Shown here one piece after another: positions 42,923-51,668 of a stretch of DNA of 64,000 nucleotides (position 1 is its first letter; each line of letters opens with the position of its first letter). Origin of the DNA: an uncultured archaeon (GTDB lineage Archaea > Thermoplasmatota > Poseidoniia > MGIII > CG-Epi1); the NCBI GenBank assembly GCA_964389465.1, contig CAYMDK010000004.1, forward strand, positions 15,034 through 79,033, written 5' to 3'. The notes under the pieces are model-generated. The model saw nothing but the letters and a program-made list of their open reading frames with translations, had not been told where the DNA came from and searched no databases. The position numbers were made by a program, and so were the translations under genes.

Positions 42923-43896
42923 GCAAAACCAAACTTTCAATCAAGGAGACCGGCAAGCTGGCCGACGTAATCCAGGCCGAGGTGGGCAAGGTCGTGCTGG
43001 GCAAGCAGCAGAACATTGAGCTGCTGATGGCAGCGGTGCTCGCCAACGGAAACATCCTCTTCGAGGATTTCCCGGGACTGGCAAAGACGCTGATGTCCAA
43101 CACCCTCGCCGACACGCTGGGGTGCAAGTTCAAGCGCATCCAGTTCACCCCCGACCTGCTGCCGGCCGATATCACTGGTTCCTATTTTTTCGACCCCGAG
43201 AAGAACAAGTTCACCTTCCGCGAAGGGCCGATTTTCTGCAACCTGTTGCTGGCGGATGAAATCAACCGCGCGCCGCCCAAGACGCAGGCCGCCTTGCTGG
43301 AGGCGATGCAGGAGAAGCAGATTACCATCGAGGGCACGACGCACATCCTGGAGCGGCCGTTCATCGTGCTGGCGACGCAGAATCCCATTGAGTACGAGGG
43401 GACCTACCCGCTGCCGGAGGCGCAGATGGACCGCTTCCTCGTCAAGCTATCTGTCGGCTACCCGGACGAGGAGGTCGAGGCCTCCATCCTGGCCGCCCGC
43501 GCCGAGCGCAAGCACGACGCGTTCGAGGTGGAGAGCATAGCCTCTCCGGTAGAAGTGGTGGCGATGCATCGCGCCGTCGAGGAAGTGTTCGTCAAGCATG
43601 AAATCATGCAGTACATGGTGAGCCTCGTGCAGGGCACCCGCAGCGACCCGCGCGTCGCAGTCGGCTCGAGCCCGCGCGGGTCGCTGGGGCTGTTCAAGCT
43701 TTCGCGCGCGCTGGCGTTGCTTTCGGGGCGCGATTACGTGGTTCCCGACGACGTCAAGCGCTCGGTCATCCCGGTGCTGGCGCACAGGATAATCCTGAAG
43801 CCGGAGGCGCGCATCCGCGGTGTCAAGCCGGAGCAGGTGCTGGCGGAGCTCCTGACCACGGTCGATGTCCCGGCCGTCAAGGTCGAAGACGAGTAG
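42910..43896 (+). CDS. MoxR-family AAA+ ATPase
   Basis: ILFEDFPGLAKT (Walker A variant), LLADEINRAPPKTQAALLEAMQE (Walker B/sensor) and VLATQNPIEYEGTYPLPEAQMDRF are present. GTG 42910 or GTG 42919 is the start, the latter as a GTGA overlap with the upstream stop. Confidence 0.9.
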   Translation: MVNVSKTKLSIKETGKLADVIQAEVGKVVLGKQQNIELLMAAVLANGNILFEDFPGLAKTLMSNTLADTLGCKFKRIQFTPDLLPADITGSYFFDPEKNKFTFREGPIFCNLLLADEINRAPPKTQAALLEAMQEKQITIEGTTHILERPFIVLATQNPIEYEGTYPLPEAQMDRFLVKLSVGYPDEEVEASILAARAERKHDAFEVESIASPVEVVAMHRAVEEVFVKHEIMQYMVSLVQGTRSDPRVAVGSSPRGSLGLFKLSRALALLSGRDYVVPDDVKRSVIPVLAHRIILKPEARIRGVKPEQVLAELLTTVDVPAVKVEDE

Positions 43897-45144
43897 ATGT
43901 GGACTCGTAAGGCGGTAACTTACACCGGCCTCGGCACCATCCTGGTGCTCTTCGCGCCTTTCATCAACAACCTCCAGCTGCTGCTTCTCGGCATCACGCT
44001 GCTCGGTTTCGTCGCAGTCCACAGCCTCGTGAATACGAGCCCGGTCAGCGTCAACATCACCCGCCGCTTCTCCGACTCGCAGATTTTCGAGGGGCAGGAG
44101 GCGGAGGTGGAGCTCGTAATCCAGAATCGCGGCCGCGCCATTGGCTTCCTTGAAATATTCGACCAGCTGCCGCACGAGGTGGAGCTGGCGGGCGGCCTCA
44201 ACCACACCATTGTGCGGCTCCACCGCAACGAGGCGCTGCTGGCGCATTACCGCCTCGAGTGCCACCTGCGCGGGCAGTACCAGCTGGGTAAGCCGCGGCT
44301 GCGGCTCTACAACCCGTCGTTCCTCTTCTACTACGAGTCGGACGTTGAATCCGAGTCGACGCTGGTGGTTTTCCCCAAAATTGAGGCGCTGGAGGGGCTG
44401 GACCTCTCGAGCGATTTCCCCAAGATGTACCAGGGCGCAATGCCCATCCGGCGTATCGGGACAAGCGGCGAGTTCTACTCGATTCGCGAATACTACCCCG
44501 GCGACGATTTCAAGAACATCAACTGGCGCGTTTTTGGCAGGACGCGCAAGCTGATGGTCAACCAGTTCGAGCGCGAGGATATCAGCGACGTGATGCTGGT
44601 GCTTGACGCACGTGAGATTGCCGGCACCGGCACACCGGTCCACAATCCGCTCAACTACGGCTGCCGCGCCGCCGCGGCGCTGGTCGACTACTTCCTGCAC
44701 ACTCGCAACCGCGTCGGCCTCACGGTTTACGGCGAGGCGGTCGAGTCCATCGGCGTCGACAGCGGGGAACGGCACCTCTACCGGCTGCTGACGAAGCTAT
44801 CCGAGGTGCGGCCGGCCGGTGCCCTGGGGCTGCACACGGTAATCGGCGAGCTGCGCAACTTCACCCCGCGCTCGCCAGTCATCGTCATCTCGACCCTCGA
44901 GCAGGACCCGACAGTGCACGCCGCGCTGCGTGAAATCACCGCGCACGGCTTCAAGCTGACGTTGATTGCGCCCGACACGCTGGAGTTCGACCGGGAGTCG
45001 CGCATCATCTCGCCGGCAGTCTACTTCACCGCCTCGGCCGAGCTGGACAACAACATCGCCGAGGCGCGCTCGCTCGGCGCGCGCGCGCTGCGCTGGGACC
45101 CTGACTCGGTGCTGGGGCCGGCGCTGCAGGAGGTGGTCAAGTGA
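43897..45144 (+). CDS. DUF58 protein (vWA-like partner of MoxR), two N-terminal TM segments
   Basis: EFYSIREYYPGDDFKNINWRVFGRTRKLMVNQFERE is the DUF58 signature. The ATG directly abuts the MoxR stop (TAGATG). Confidence 0.85.
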   Translation: MWTRKAVTYTGLGTILVLFAPFINNLQLLLLGITLLGFVAVHSLVNTSPVSVNITRRFSDSQIFEGQEAEVELVIQNRGRAIGFLEIFDQLPHEVELAGGLNHTIVRLHRNEALLAHYRLECHLRGQYQLGKPRLRLYNPSFLFYYESDVESESTLVVFPKIEALEGLDLSSDFPKMYQGAMPIRRIGTSGEFYSIREYYPGDDFKNINWRVFGRTRKLMVNQFEREDISDVMLVLDAREIAGTGTPVHNPLNYGCRAAAALVDYFLHTRNRVGLTVYGEAVESIGVDSGERHLYRLLTKLSEVRPAGALGLHTVIGELRNFTPRSPVIVISTLEQDPTVHAALREITAHGFKLTLIAPDTLEFDRESRIISPAVYFTASAELDNNIAEARSLGARALRWDPDSVLGPALQEVVK

Positions 45145-45980
45145 TTGCGCATCCGCGCTTGTTCGCTATGCAGGTGCTCGCGACCGCGGCGCTGGCGGCG
45201 TGCGCCTGGCTCGGTTACGTCGTCTCGGCGGGCACCGATTCGCTGCTGACACAGGCGCTCAACGTGGTGCTCAGCTTGTTCGGGCTCGACCCGATATTCA
45301 CCGCGAGCGCCGAGACGGTCGCGGGCGGCATCATGCTGGGGCTGCTGCTGGGCGGCGTGCTGGCGCTGGCCGACGAGCGCGGCTACGGCTACTGGGTCGG
45401 CGGGACGCTGGCGCTGCTGCCATTCCTGCTGGCGTGGCTCTCGCTGACCGGCCGCTCGCCGTTTGCGCCCGAGCCGCTGCACGCGCTGGCCAACTTCGGC
45501 TGGCTGGGGCTGCCGCTGCTCGCCGGCACTTTCGGCATATGGCGTAACTCGCTGCCGACTATCGCCATCGGCGCGCTGTTGCTACTGGTGCAGCCGCTCA
45601 ACCTCGCGGGGAACGATACCAGCGCCATCTTCGCCATCCTCGGCTTCATCTTCTGCTTCATGCTCTACATCGAGCTCGCTTACGGCCACCTGCGCTACGC
45701 GCGGCTGGCGCGCATCATGAACTACTCGGGCGAGTTCGGCTCGGTGCTGAACTGGTTCGGCATGATGCTGCTGCTGACGCTCGGCTTCACGACCCTGCTC
45801 ACCGCCGCCGCCTTCGGCTTCCACGACCTGCTCGGCAGCGTCCTCCCGCCGCGGTTCCATAACTCCATCGAGTTCAACACCATCTACGGCCGCGCGCTCT
45901 CGGTGATGACCTTCTTCGCCCTCTGGGCGATTGCGCAGACCATCTTCTCGCGGCAGTTCCTCGCGCGGCAGGTGGAGTAG
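45141..45980 (+). CDS. Hypothetical polytopic (~7 TM) membrane protein, last gene of the MoxR cluster
   Basis: GTGA start/stop overlap with DUF58 and hydrophobic throughout. No family recognised. Confidence 0.55.
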   Translation: MIAHPRLFAMQVLATAALAACAWLGYVVSAGTDSLLTQALNVVLSLFGLDPIFTASAETVAGGIMLGLLLGGVLALADERGYGYWVGGTLALLPFLLAWLSLTGRSPFAPEPLHALANFGWLGLPLLAGTFGIWRNSLPTIAIGALLLLVQPLNLAGNDTSAIFAILGFIFCFMLYIELAYGHLRYARLARIMNYSGEFGSVLNWFGMMLLLTLGFTTLLTAAAFGFHDLLGSVLPPRFHNSIEFNTIYGRALSVMTFFALWAIAQTIFSRQFLARQVE

Positions 45981-45986
45981 GCGTCC

Positions 45987-46637
45987 GTGAAATGGGTCGT
46001 CTTCGACGCGGTCGGGACGCTGATGTATCCCTGCCCCGGCGTACCGCTCGCCTACCACGAAATTGGCCGGCGCTACGGCTCGCGGCTCTCCGAGGCGGAG
46101 GTGCGCGAGCGGCTGTCGGTCGCCTTCGGGAGCGTGGTGCGGCCGCGCGGCGACCGCACCTCGGCGGACGACGAGCAGGCGTGGTGGCGGCGCGTCGTCG
46201 CCGCGACGCTAGCTGACGTCAGCGACCCCGAAGCCACTTTCGACTCGCTCTGGGCCAACTTCGCGGCGGCGCAAAGCTGGTGCCTCTACGGCGACGTTGC
46301 GGCGGGGGTCGCCGCTGTCGCCGAGCGTGGGCTGCGCGCGGCGGTCGCGTCCAACTTCGACGCGCGGCTCGAAGGCATCATCGGCGGCCACGCGGAGCTC
46401 GACGCGGTGCGGCCGGTGCTGCACGCGGCCGGGCTGGGGTGGCGCAAGCCGGCGCGGCAGTTCTTCGACGCCGTGTGCGCCGAGCTGGATTGTGCGCCCG
46501 ACGCGGTGCTCTACGTCGGAGACGACCCGCACGGCGACGTTACGGCAGCGCGCGCAGCCGGGATGCGCGCGCTGCTCGTCGCACGCGACGGAGGTGGCGA
46601 CCTGCACAGTCTGGCGCAGCTCGTGGGGCACCTGTGA
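45987..46637 (+). CDS. HAD-superfamily hydrolase (subfamily IA-like)
   Basis: Motif I is VVFDAVGTL, motif II is AVASNFD, motif III is GWRKP and motif IV is YVGDDPHGDV. Confidence 0.75.
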   Translation: MKWVVFDAVGTLMYPCPGVPLAYHEIGRRYGSRLSEAEVRERLSVAFGSVVRPRGDRTSADDEQAWWRRVVAATLADVSDPEATFDSLWANFAAAQSWCLYGDVAAGVAAVAERGLRAAVASNFDARLEGIIGGHAELDAVRPVLHAAGLGWRKPARQFFDAVCAELDCAPDAVLYVGDDPHGDVTAARAAGMRALLVARDGGGDLHSLAQLVGHL

Positions 46638-46679
46638 TTGCGCCCGCAGCCGCTTAAACCCGCGACGCCTCCGCGAGCC

Positions 46680-47951
46680 ATGACGCTGCGCGACGACGCC
46701 GAGTCGATTTACCACGCGGCGGTCGCGGCGGTGCAGCCGGAGGTGCTGCTGCCGCAGCACATGGAGCGCGACGGCGACCGGCTCCGGTTCCCCGCCATCG
46801 AGCTGGAATGGCAGCTGGACCGCAACGTCAGGCTCGCCGCGTTCGGCAAGGCAGCCTCGGGAATGGTGCGCGCGGCCGAAGCCATCCTTGGCGAGCATAT
46901 CGTCGCCGGCATCGCGAGCGTTCCCGTCGGGACCCCTGCGCACGACGGCGTCAGCGCGTTCCACCCGGGCGCCGCCGACAACCTGCCCGACCGCGACGCA
47001 ATGGAGGCGGCCGGACGCATCCGCGACCTCGCCGTGGGGGCGTCCGCGGACGAGCTGCTGCTGGTGCTGATATCGGGCGGCGGCTCGGCGCTGCTGCCGC
47101 TCCCCGCCGCCGGCATCACGCTCGAGCAGAAACTGGCGACGACGCGCGTGCTCGCCAACGCAGGAGCGACAATCAGCGAGCTGAACGTGGTGCGGCGCCA
47201 CCTCTCGGCGCTCAAGGGGGGGCGGCTGGCGCGGCTCGCTGCGCCAGCGACGGTCGCCGCGCTCGCCATCTCGGATGTCATCGGCGACCCGCTGCCCGAC
47301 ATAGCCTCGGGTCCGACGGTCGGCGACGATTCGACTTACGGCGACTGCCTCGCCATCGCCGCGCGGCTCGGCGCCGGGCTGCCGCCTGCGGTCGCGGCGC
47401 ATCTCAAGCGCGGCGCGGCTGGCGAACTCGAAGAGACGCCCGCTGCGACGCCGCCGAACGTCCGCACGGCGGTCATCGGGTCGAATCGCATCGCGCTCGA
47501 GGAGGCGGCCGCGGCGGCCGCCGCCCGCGGCTACGCGGCGGGCATCGTCACCGACGCGCTGGAGGGCGAGGCGCGCGACGCCGGAAAGCAGGTCGCGCGC
47601 CGCATCGCGGGCGAGCGCGGCCGCCGCTGCCTGCTCTGGGGCGGCGAGACGACCGTGACGGTTACCGGGGACGGCCGCGGAGGCCGTTCGCAGGAGCTGG
47701 CGCTTGCGGCCGCAATCGAGCTGGCCGGCAACGCTGGCGTCGGCCTGCTCGCCGCCGGGACCGACGGGCAGGACGGGCCGACCGACGCCGCCGGCGCGTG
47801 GGTGGATGGCGGGACACCGGTCACTGGCGCACGGGCGGCGCTCGGCGCCAACGACTCGCACGGTTTCCTGGCGCCGACTAGCGCGCTGTTCCGCCCGGGG
47901 CTGACCGGCACCAACGTCATGGATATCGTCATCGGGCTGGTCGACAGGTAA
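46680..47951 (+). CDS. Glycerate 2-kinase (DUF4147 + MOFRL, TtuD-type)
   Basis: LLVLISGGGSALLPLP, ELNVVRRHLSALKGGRLA, ISDVIGDPLPDIASGPT and WGGETTVTVTGDGRGGRSQELALAAA are present. The ORF opens at TTG 46638, but ATG 46680 is preferred. Confidence 0.85.
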   Translation: MTLRDDAESIYHAAVAAVQPEVLLPQHMERDGDRLRFPAIELEWQLDRNVRLAAFGKAASGMVRAAEAILGEHIVAGIASVPVGTPAHDGVSAFHPGAADNLPDRDAMEAAGRIRDLAVGASADELLLVLISGGGSALLPLPAAGITLEQKLATTRVLANAGATISELNVVRRHLSALKGGRLARLAAPATVAALAISDVIGDPLPDIASGPTVGDDSTYGDCLAIAARLGAGLPPAVAAHLKRGAAGELEETPAATPPNVRTAVIGSNRIALEEAAAAAAARGYAAGIVTDALEGEARDAGKQVARRIAGERGRRCLLWGGETTVTVTGDGRGGRSQELALAAAIELAGNAGVGLLAAGTDGQDGPTDAAGAWVDGGTPVTGARAALGANDSHGFLAPTSALFRPGLTGTNVMDIVIGLVDR

Positions 47952-47975
47952 TTAAACGGCGGTCGCTGGCGTCGC

Positions 47976-48947
47976 ATGAAAGTGTTCGTCACGCGGCGGT
48001 TGCCGGAGACTGTGATGGGCCGGCTCGAGAAGGCGAACGAAATCACCGAGCTGCGGGTCAATCCCCACGACCGCGCGCTGACGCGCGACGAGCTGGAGGA
48101 GGGCACGGCGTGGTGCGACATCCTGCTGAGCCAGCTGGTCGACCCGATCGATGCCGCGCTGATGGACTGCAACCCCGGGCTGAAGCTGATTGCCAACTAC
48201 GCTGTCGGCTACAACAACATCGACGTCCCGGCCGCGACCGGGCGTGGCATCCCGGTCACCAACACCCCCGGTGTACTCGACGACTCGACCGCCGACCTGA
48301 CCTGGGCGCTGCTGATGGCGGTCGCGCGGCGCATCGTCGAGGCCGACCGCTACATGCGCGGCGGCGAATACGAGGGGTGGGCGCCGACGCTGCTGATGGG
48401 CACCGACGTCCACCACAAGACGCTGGGCATCGTCGGGCTCGGTCGCATTGGCTTCGCGCTGGCGCAGCGCGCGCGCGGCTTCGGCATGCAAATACTTTAC
48501 AGCGACCTGGAGCCGAAGCCGTATGCCGACGAAGTTGGCGCCGAATACGTCGATATGTACACGTTGCTGCGCCAGAGCGACTTCGTTTCGCTGCACCCGT
48601 TCTACGACAGGAAGTCGCACCATCTTATCGACACGCGCGAGCTGAGCGAGATGAAGCGCAGCGCGTTCCTGATTAACGTCAGCCGCGGCCCGGTAGTAAA
48701 CGAAAAGGCGCTCGTCAAGGCGCTGAAAGCGGGCGAAATCGCCGGCGCGGCGCTCGACGTCTACGAGCGCGAGCCGGCGATGGAACCTGAACTGGCGAAG
48801 ATGGACAACGTCGTCATCGTCCCGCACATCGCTTCCGCCAGTCTGGAGACCCGCACGGCGATGGGCAACATTGCAGTCGATAACGTGCTGGCGCGCTGCC
48901 GCGGGGATGCGCTGACAACCTGCCTCAACCCGGAAGCGGCGGGGTAG
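47976..48947 (+). CDS. gyaR: Glyoxylate/hydroxypyruvate reductase (D-isomer 2-hydroxyacid dehydrogenase)
   Basis: KLIANYAVGYNNIDV, LGIVGLGRIGFALAQRARGFGM (NAD fold), LINVSRGPVV, GAALDVYEREP and VIVPHIASAS are present. The sequence is collinear with archaeal GyaR as I recall it. Confidence 0.9.
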   Translation: MKVFVTRRLPETVMGRLEKANEITELRVNPHDRALTRDELEEGTAWCDILLSQLVDPIDAALMDCNPGLKLIANYAVGYNNIDVPAATGRGIPVTNTPGVLDDSTADLTWALLMAVARRIVEADRYMRGGEYEGWAPTLLMGTDVHHKTLGIVGLGRIGFALAQRARGFGMQILYSDLEPKPYADEVGAEYVDMYTLLRQSDFVSLHPFYDRKSHHLIDTRELSEMKRSAFLINVSRGPVVNEKALVKALKAGEIAGAALDVYEREPAMEPELAKMDNVVIVPHIASASLETRTAMGNIAVDNVLARCRGDALTTCLNPEAAG

Positions 48948-49140
48948 CGCGACGCGGCAACGCTGCCGCCGCGCCAGCTTGGCACCACCGCAGCGTTTAT
49001 CATTACCCCTGCGCCCCGCGGCTCGCCTCGGGCTTCGGAGGAGAGCTCACAGTTATTTACCTCAATTCCCGCCCGGGGCAACCTGCTCCCGCCAGCCTTT
49101 TAGCGGCCGCCGCGTGCCGCCGGCCGTGAGCTTCGCCGGG

Positions 49141-49761
49141 ATGGCAGTGGCGGTCGTCGACAACGGTGGCCAGTGGACGCACCGCGAATGGCGCGTGCTG
49201 AACTACCTCGGCTGCGCGGCTGAAATCGTGCCGAACACGACGCCGCCCGCCGAGCTCGAGAAATTCCGCGCGCTGGTGCTCTCGGGCGGCGCGCCGCGCA
49301 TCGAGTCGGAAGCGGACGCGCTCGGCCTCACCGCAGAGTACCTCGACGCCGCGCGCTGGCCGATTCTCGGCATCTGCGTCGGCCACCAGTATATGGCGGC
49401 CCACTTCGGCGGTGCCGCCGGCCCCGCGCGTGTACCTGAATTCGGTGCGGCGCTGGTTTCGGTCGCCGAGCGGGGCTGGCTGATGACGGGGCTGCCCGAC
49501 GAGTTCACCGCCTGGGAGAGCCACAACGACGAAGTGACGCGGCTGCCCGACGATTTCATCGCGCTGGCGTCGAGCGACGACTGTGCGGTGCAGGCGATGC
49601 AGCACCGCAAGCTGCCGTACGCGGGGGTGCAGTACCACCCCGAAGTCGAGCACTCTGAGTACGGTGCCGAGCTCTTCAGCAACTTCCTCGAATACGCGCA
49701 CGCGTGGAATAACGTAAGCCCGCCGCAGGTGGCTGCGAGTGGCTTTACAGGGGACCCGTAA
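49141..49761 (+). CDS. guaAA: GMP synthase [glutamine-hydrolysing] subunit A (class-I glutamine amidotransferase)
   Basis: VVDNGGQWTHREWRVLNYLGCAAEIVPNTTP, ILGICVGHQ (catalytic Cys) and GVQYHPEVEHSEYG (His/Glu) are present. In-frame GTG 49126 is an alternative start, and the ORF-track start at 48979 is unlikely. Confidence 0.8.
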   Translation: MAVAVVDNGGQWTHREWRVLNYLGCAAEIVPNTTPPAELEKFRALVLSGGAPRIESEADALGLTAEYLDAARWPILGICVGHQYMAAHFGGAAGPARVPEFGAALVSVAERGWLMTGLPDEFTAWESHNDEVTRLPDDFIALASSDDCAVQAMQHRKLPYAGVQYHPEVEHSEYGAELFSNFLEYAHAWNNVSPPQVAASGFTGDP

Positions 49762-49786
49762 TACGATTCGCAGCGCAGGGTAGCGG

Positions 49787-49793
49787 TTTTTAG
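49787..49793 (+). promoter_or_regulatory. TATA box (TTTTTAG) for the first MFS gene
   Basis: Centred about 27 nt before GTG 49817. A similar CTTTTAGCGG element lies at 49096-49105, upstream of guaAA. Confidence 0.35.
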
Positions 49794-49816
49794 CGGGACG
49801 CTCTCGCCCCGCTGGT

Positions 49817-51649
49817 GTGGTAACCATGGGTAGCAACGACAGGATTGGACAGATTTTCGGCCTCGACAGCAACATTGGCGACCTTCCGGACGGCGACCGC
49901 AAGGCGATTCGCGGCTGGTGCTACTACGACTGGGCCAAGTCTGCCTTCGAGACCAGCATAGTCGTCGCCATCCTGCCAGTATACTTCGTCACACTCTTCC
50001 AGCACGCCTACGGCAGCGAGCTTTCGCTGGCGGGTTTCACCTTCACGGGCGACTCGATGTGGGCCTGGGCGACGTTCCTCTCGGCGATTATCATTGCGCT
50101 GGTCGGCCCCGGGATGGGGGTCATCGCCGACCGGGCTGAAATCAAGATGAAGCTTACGAAATACCTGACGTGGGCTGGCGCGGGCGCAACGGTGCTGCTG
50201 GCGGGGGCGTATTTCCTGTCGTCGCACTGGGGCTTCATCTGGCTCTTCGTCTTCTACGTGCTGGCGAATATGGGGCTGCTCTCGGCGACCATTTTCTACA
50301 ACGCGATGCTGCCCTACCTGGGCGAGCGCGCCAGCGCCGATTATCAGGTAGCGCACCGGGGCGGGCCGGTACAGATGGACGACATCTCCAACCGCGCCTT
50401 TGCCTACGGCTACTTCGGCGGCGGCATCCTGCTCGCAATCCACCTCGCGATGGTCAGCATCCTGGTTGACGCCGACGGGAACCTGCTCGGCTGGGTCGTC
50501 CCGGTAGCGCTCGCCAGCTCCGGTCTGTGGTGGTACGGTTTCGCGCTGATTACGATTAACTGGGTACCCGAGCCGCCCATTCCCGACCCGGTGCGTGACC
50601 TCACCTTCGGCTCCGCGACGCGGCTGGCGCTGACCGAAGTGCGCAAGACCCTCGGCGAAGTCAGCCGTTTCAGGGTGCTGGCGCTCTATATCGTGGCCTA
50701 CTTCTTCTTCATCGACGGCATCAACTCCGTCACCTCCCTCGCTGGCGCCTTTGGCGCCGGGGTGCTGGGAATCCCGCTGGTGCTCAACATGGCGGTAATT
50801 CTGCTGGTGCAGTTCGTCGCTGCGCCGTCGGCGATGCTATTCACGCGGCTCGCCGGCTCGACCTCGACCCGCACCGCACTCACCGTGGCGCTGGTTGGCT
50901 GGATTGTCGTCATATTCGGCGCGGTCGGCTTCGCGCCGCTCGAACTGGCGGAGCACGAAGAGTATGACTTCCAGCTCGACTGGGACGAGAGCGGATACGA
51001 AGTCACGGCACTGTCATCGGTGTCACTCGGTGACTCGGATGTGGACAGGGCCTTCAAGGCGGAATGGGGCGACATCCTGCCGCTCGACGTCGAAGGCGAA
51101 ATCGATGCCGACGCGACCGGCTCCGCCAGTGAAACGCGCGCGACCGCGTTCCTCGCGGTGATTGACGGCGACGGCCGCTTCTCGGCTTCCGCCAGCGGCG
51201 GGCTGCTCGACGGAAAAACCGCGCTCGGGGAAGACCATCCCACTTCGCTCGGTGACGGCGCCATCGATGCGTTCCCGAGCTTCCTGCGCGACTACCTCTG
51301 GGCGCCGCTCGGCTTCGGCATTTCGCTTCAGTGGCTCTTCCTGGGGCTGATGGCCGGGACGCTGCTTGGCGGGAGTCAGGGACTGGCGCGCTCCATCTTC
51401 GGCCAGATGGTCCCGCAGACGCGGTCGGCCGAATTCTTCGGCTTTTTCGGTTTTTTCGGCCGCATCGCCGCCTTCCTCGGGCCGCTAATCTATGTAGTCG
51501 TCACCGGCATCTTCGACAGCCGCACCGCAGTATTGAGCCTCGGCGTGCTGGTGGTTATCGGCGCGGTGCTGCTCCAGCGGATTGACGTTGCCGAGGGAAT
51601 CCGCGTCGCGCACGCCGAAGACGAGCGGAAGCGCGGCAGCGCCGAGTGA
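49817..51649 (+). CDS. MFS transporter, Atg22/UMF1-like, with a ~115-aa acidic insertion
   Basis: RGWCYYDWAKSAFETSIV is the typical N-terminus of this family, and there are 12 or more hydrophobic segments. The acidic loop EHEEYDFQLDWDESGYE...DGAIDAF is encoded at about 50941-51290. Confidence 0.8.
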   Translation: MVTMGSNDRIGQIFGLDSNIGDLPDGDRKAIRGWCYYDWAKSAFETSIVVAILPVYFVTLFQHAYGSELSLAGFTFTGDSMWAWATFLSAIIIALVGPGMGVIADRAEIKMKLTKYLTWAGAGATVLLAGAYFLSSHWGFIWLFVFYVLANMGLLSATIFYNAMLPYLGERASADYQVAHRGGPVQMDDISNRAFAYGYFGGGILLAIHLAMVSILVDADGNLLGWVVPVALASSGLWWYGFALITINWVPEPPIPDPVRDLTFGSATRLALTEVRKTLGEVSRFRVLALYIVAYFFFIDGINSVTSLAGAFGAGVLGIPLVLNMAVILLVQFVAAPSAMLFTRLAGSTSTRTALTVALVGWIVVIFGAVGFAPLELAEHEEYDFQLDWDESGYEVTALSSVSLGDSDVDRAFKAEWGDILPLDVEGEIDADATGSASETRATAFLAVIDGDGRFSASASGGLLDGKTALGEDHPTSLGDGAIDAFPSFLRDYLWAPLGFGISLQWLFLGLMAGTLLGGSQGLARSIFGQMVPQTRSAEFFGFFGFFGRIAAFLGPLIYVVVTGIFDSRTAVLSLGVLVVIGAVLLQRIDVAEGIRVAHAEDERKRGSAE

Positions 51650-51668
51650 ACCGGCGCGAGAGAATTTA

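Noticed and set aside
43447-44775. 442-aa minus-strand ORF opposite MoxR/DUF58
   Set aside because: It has the same antisense artefact pattern, and the MoxR and DUF58 signatures are unambiguous on the plus strand.
46209-47861. 550-aa minus-strand ORF, plus several 350+-aa alternative plus frames over the HAD and glycerate kinase genes
   Set aside because: The translations are Arg/Gly/Ala/Pro-rich. The chosen frames contain the HAD and MOFRL motifs.
48948-49140. 193-nt intergenic region upstream of guaAA as a possible riboswitch or small RNA
   Set aside because: I recognise no conserved riboswitch core or box C/D motifs. The region contains two TATA-like elements, and in-frame GTG starts (49114, 49126) would shorten the leader. 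It is probably just promoter DNA, but covariance-model scanning was not possible.
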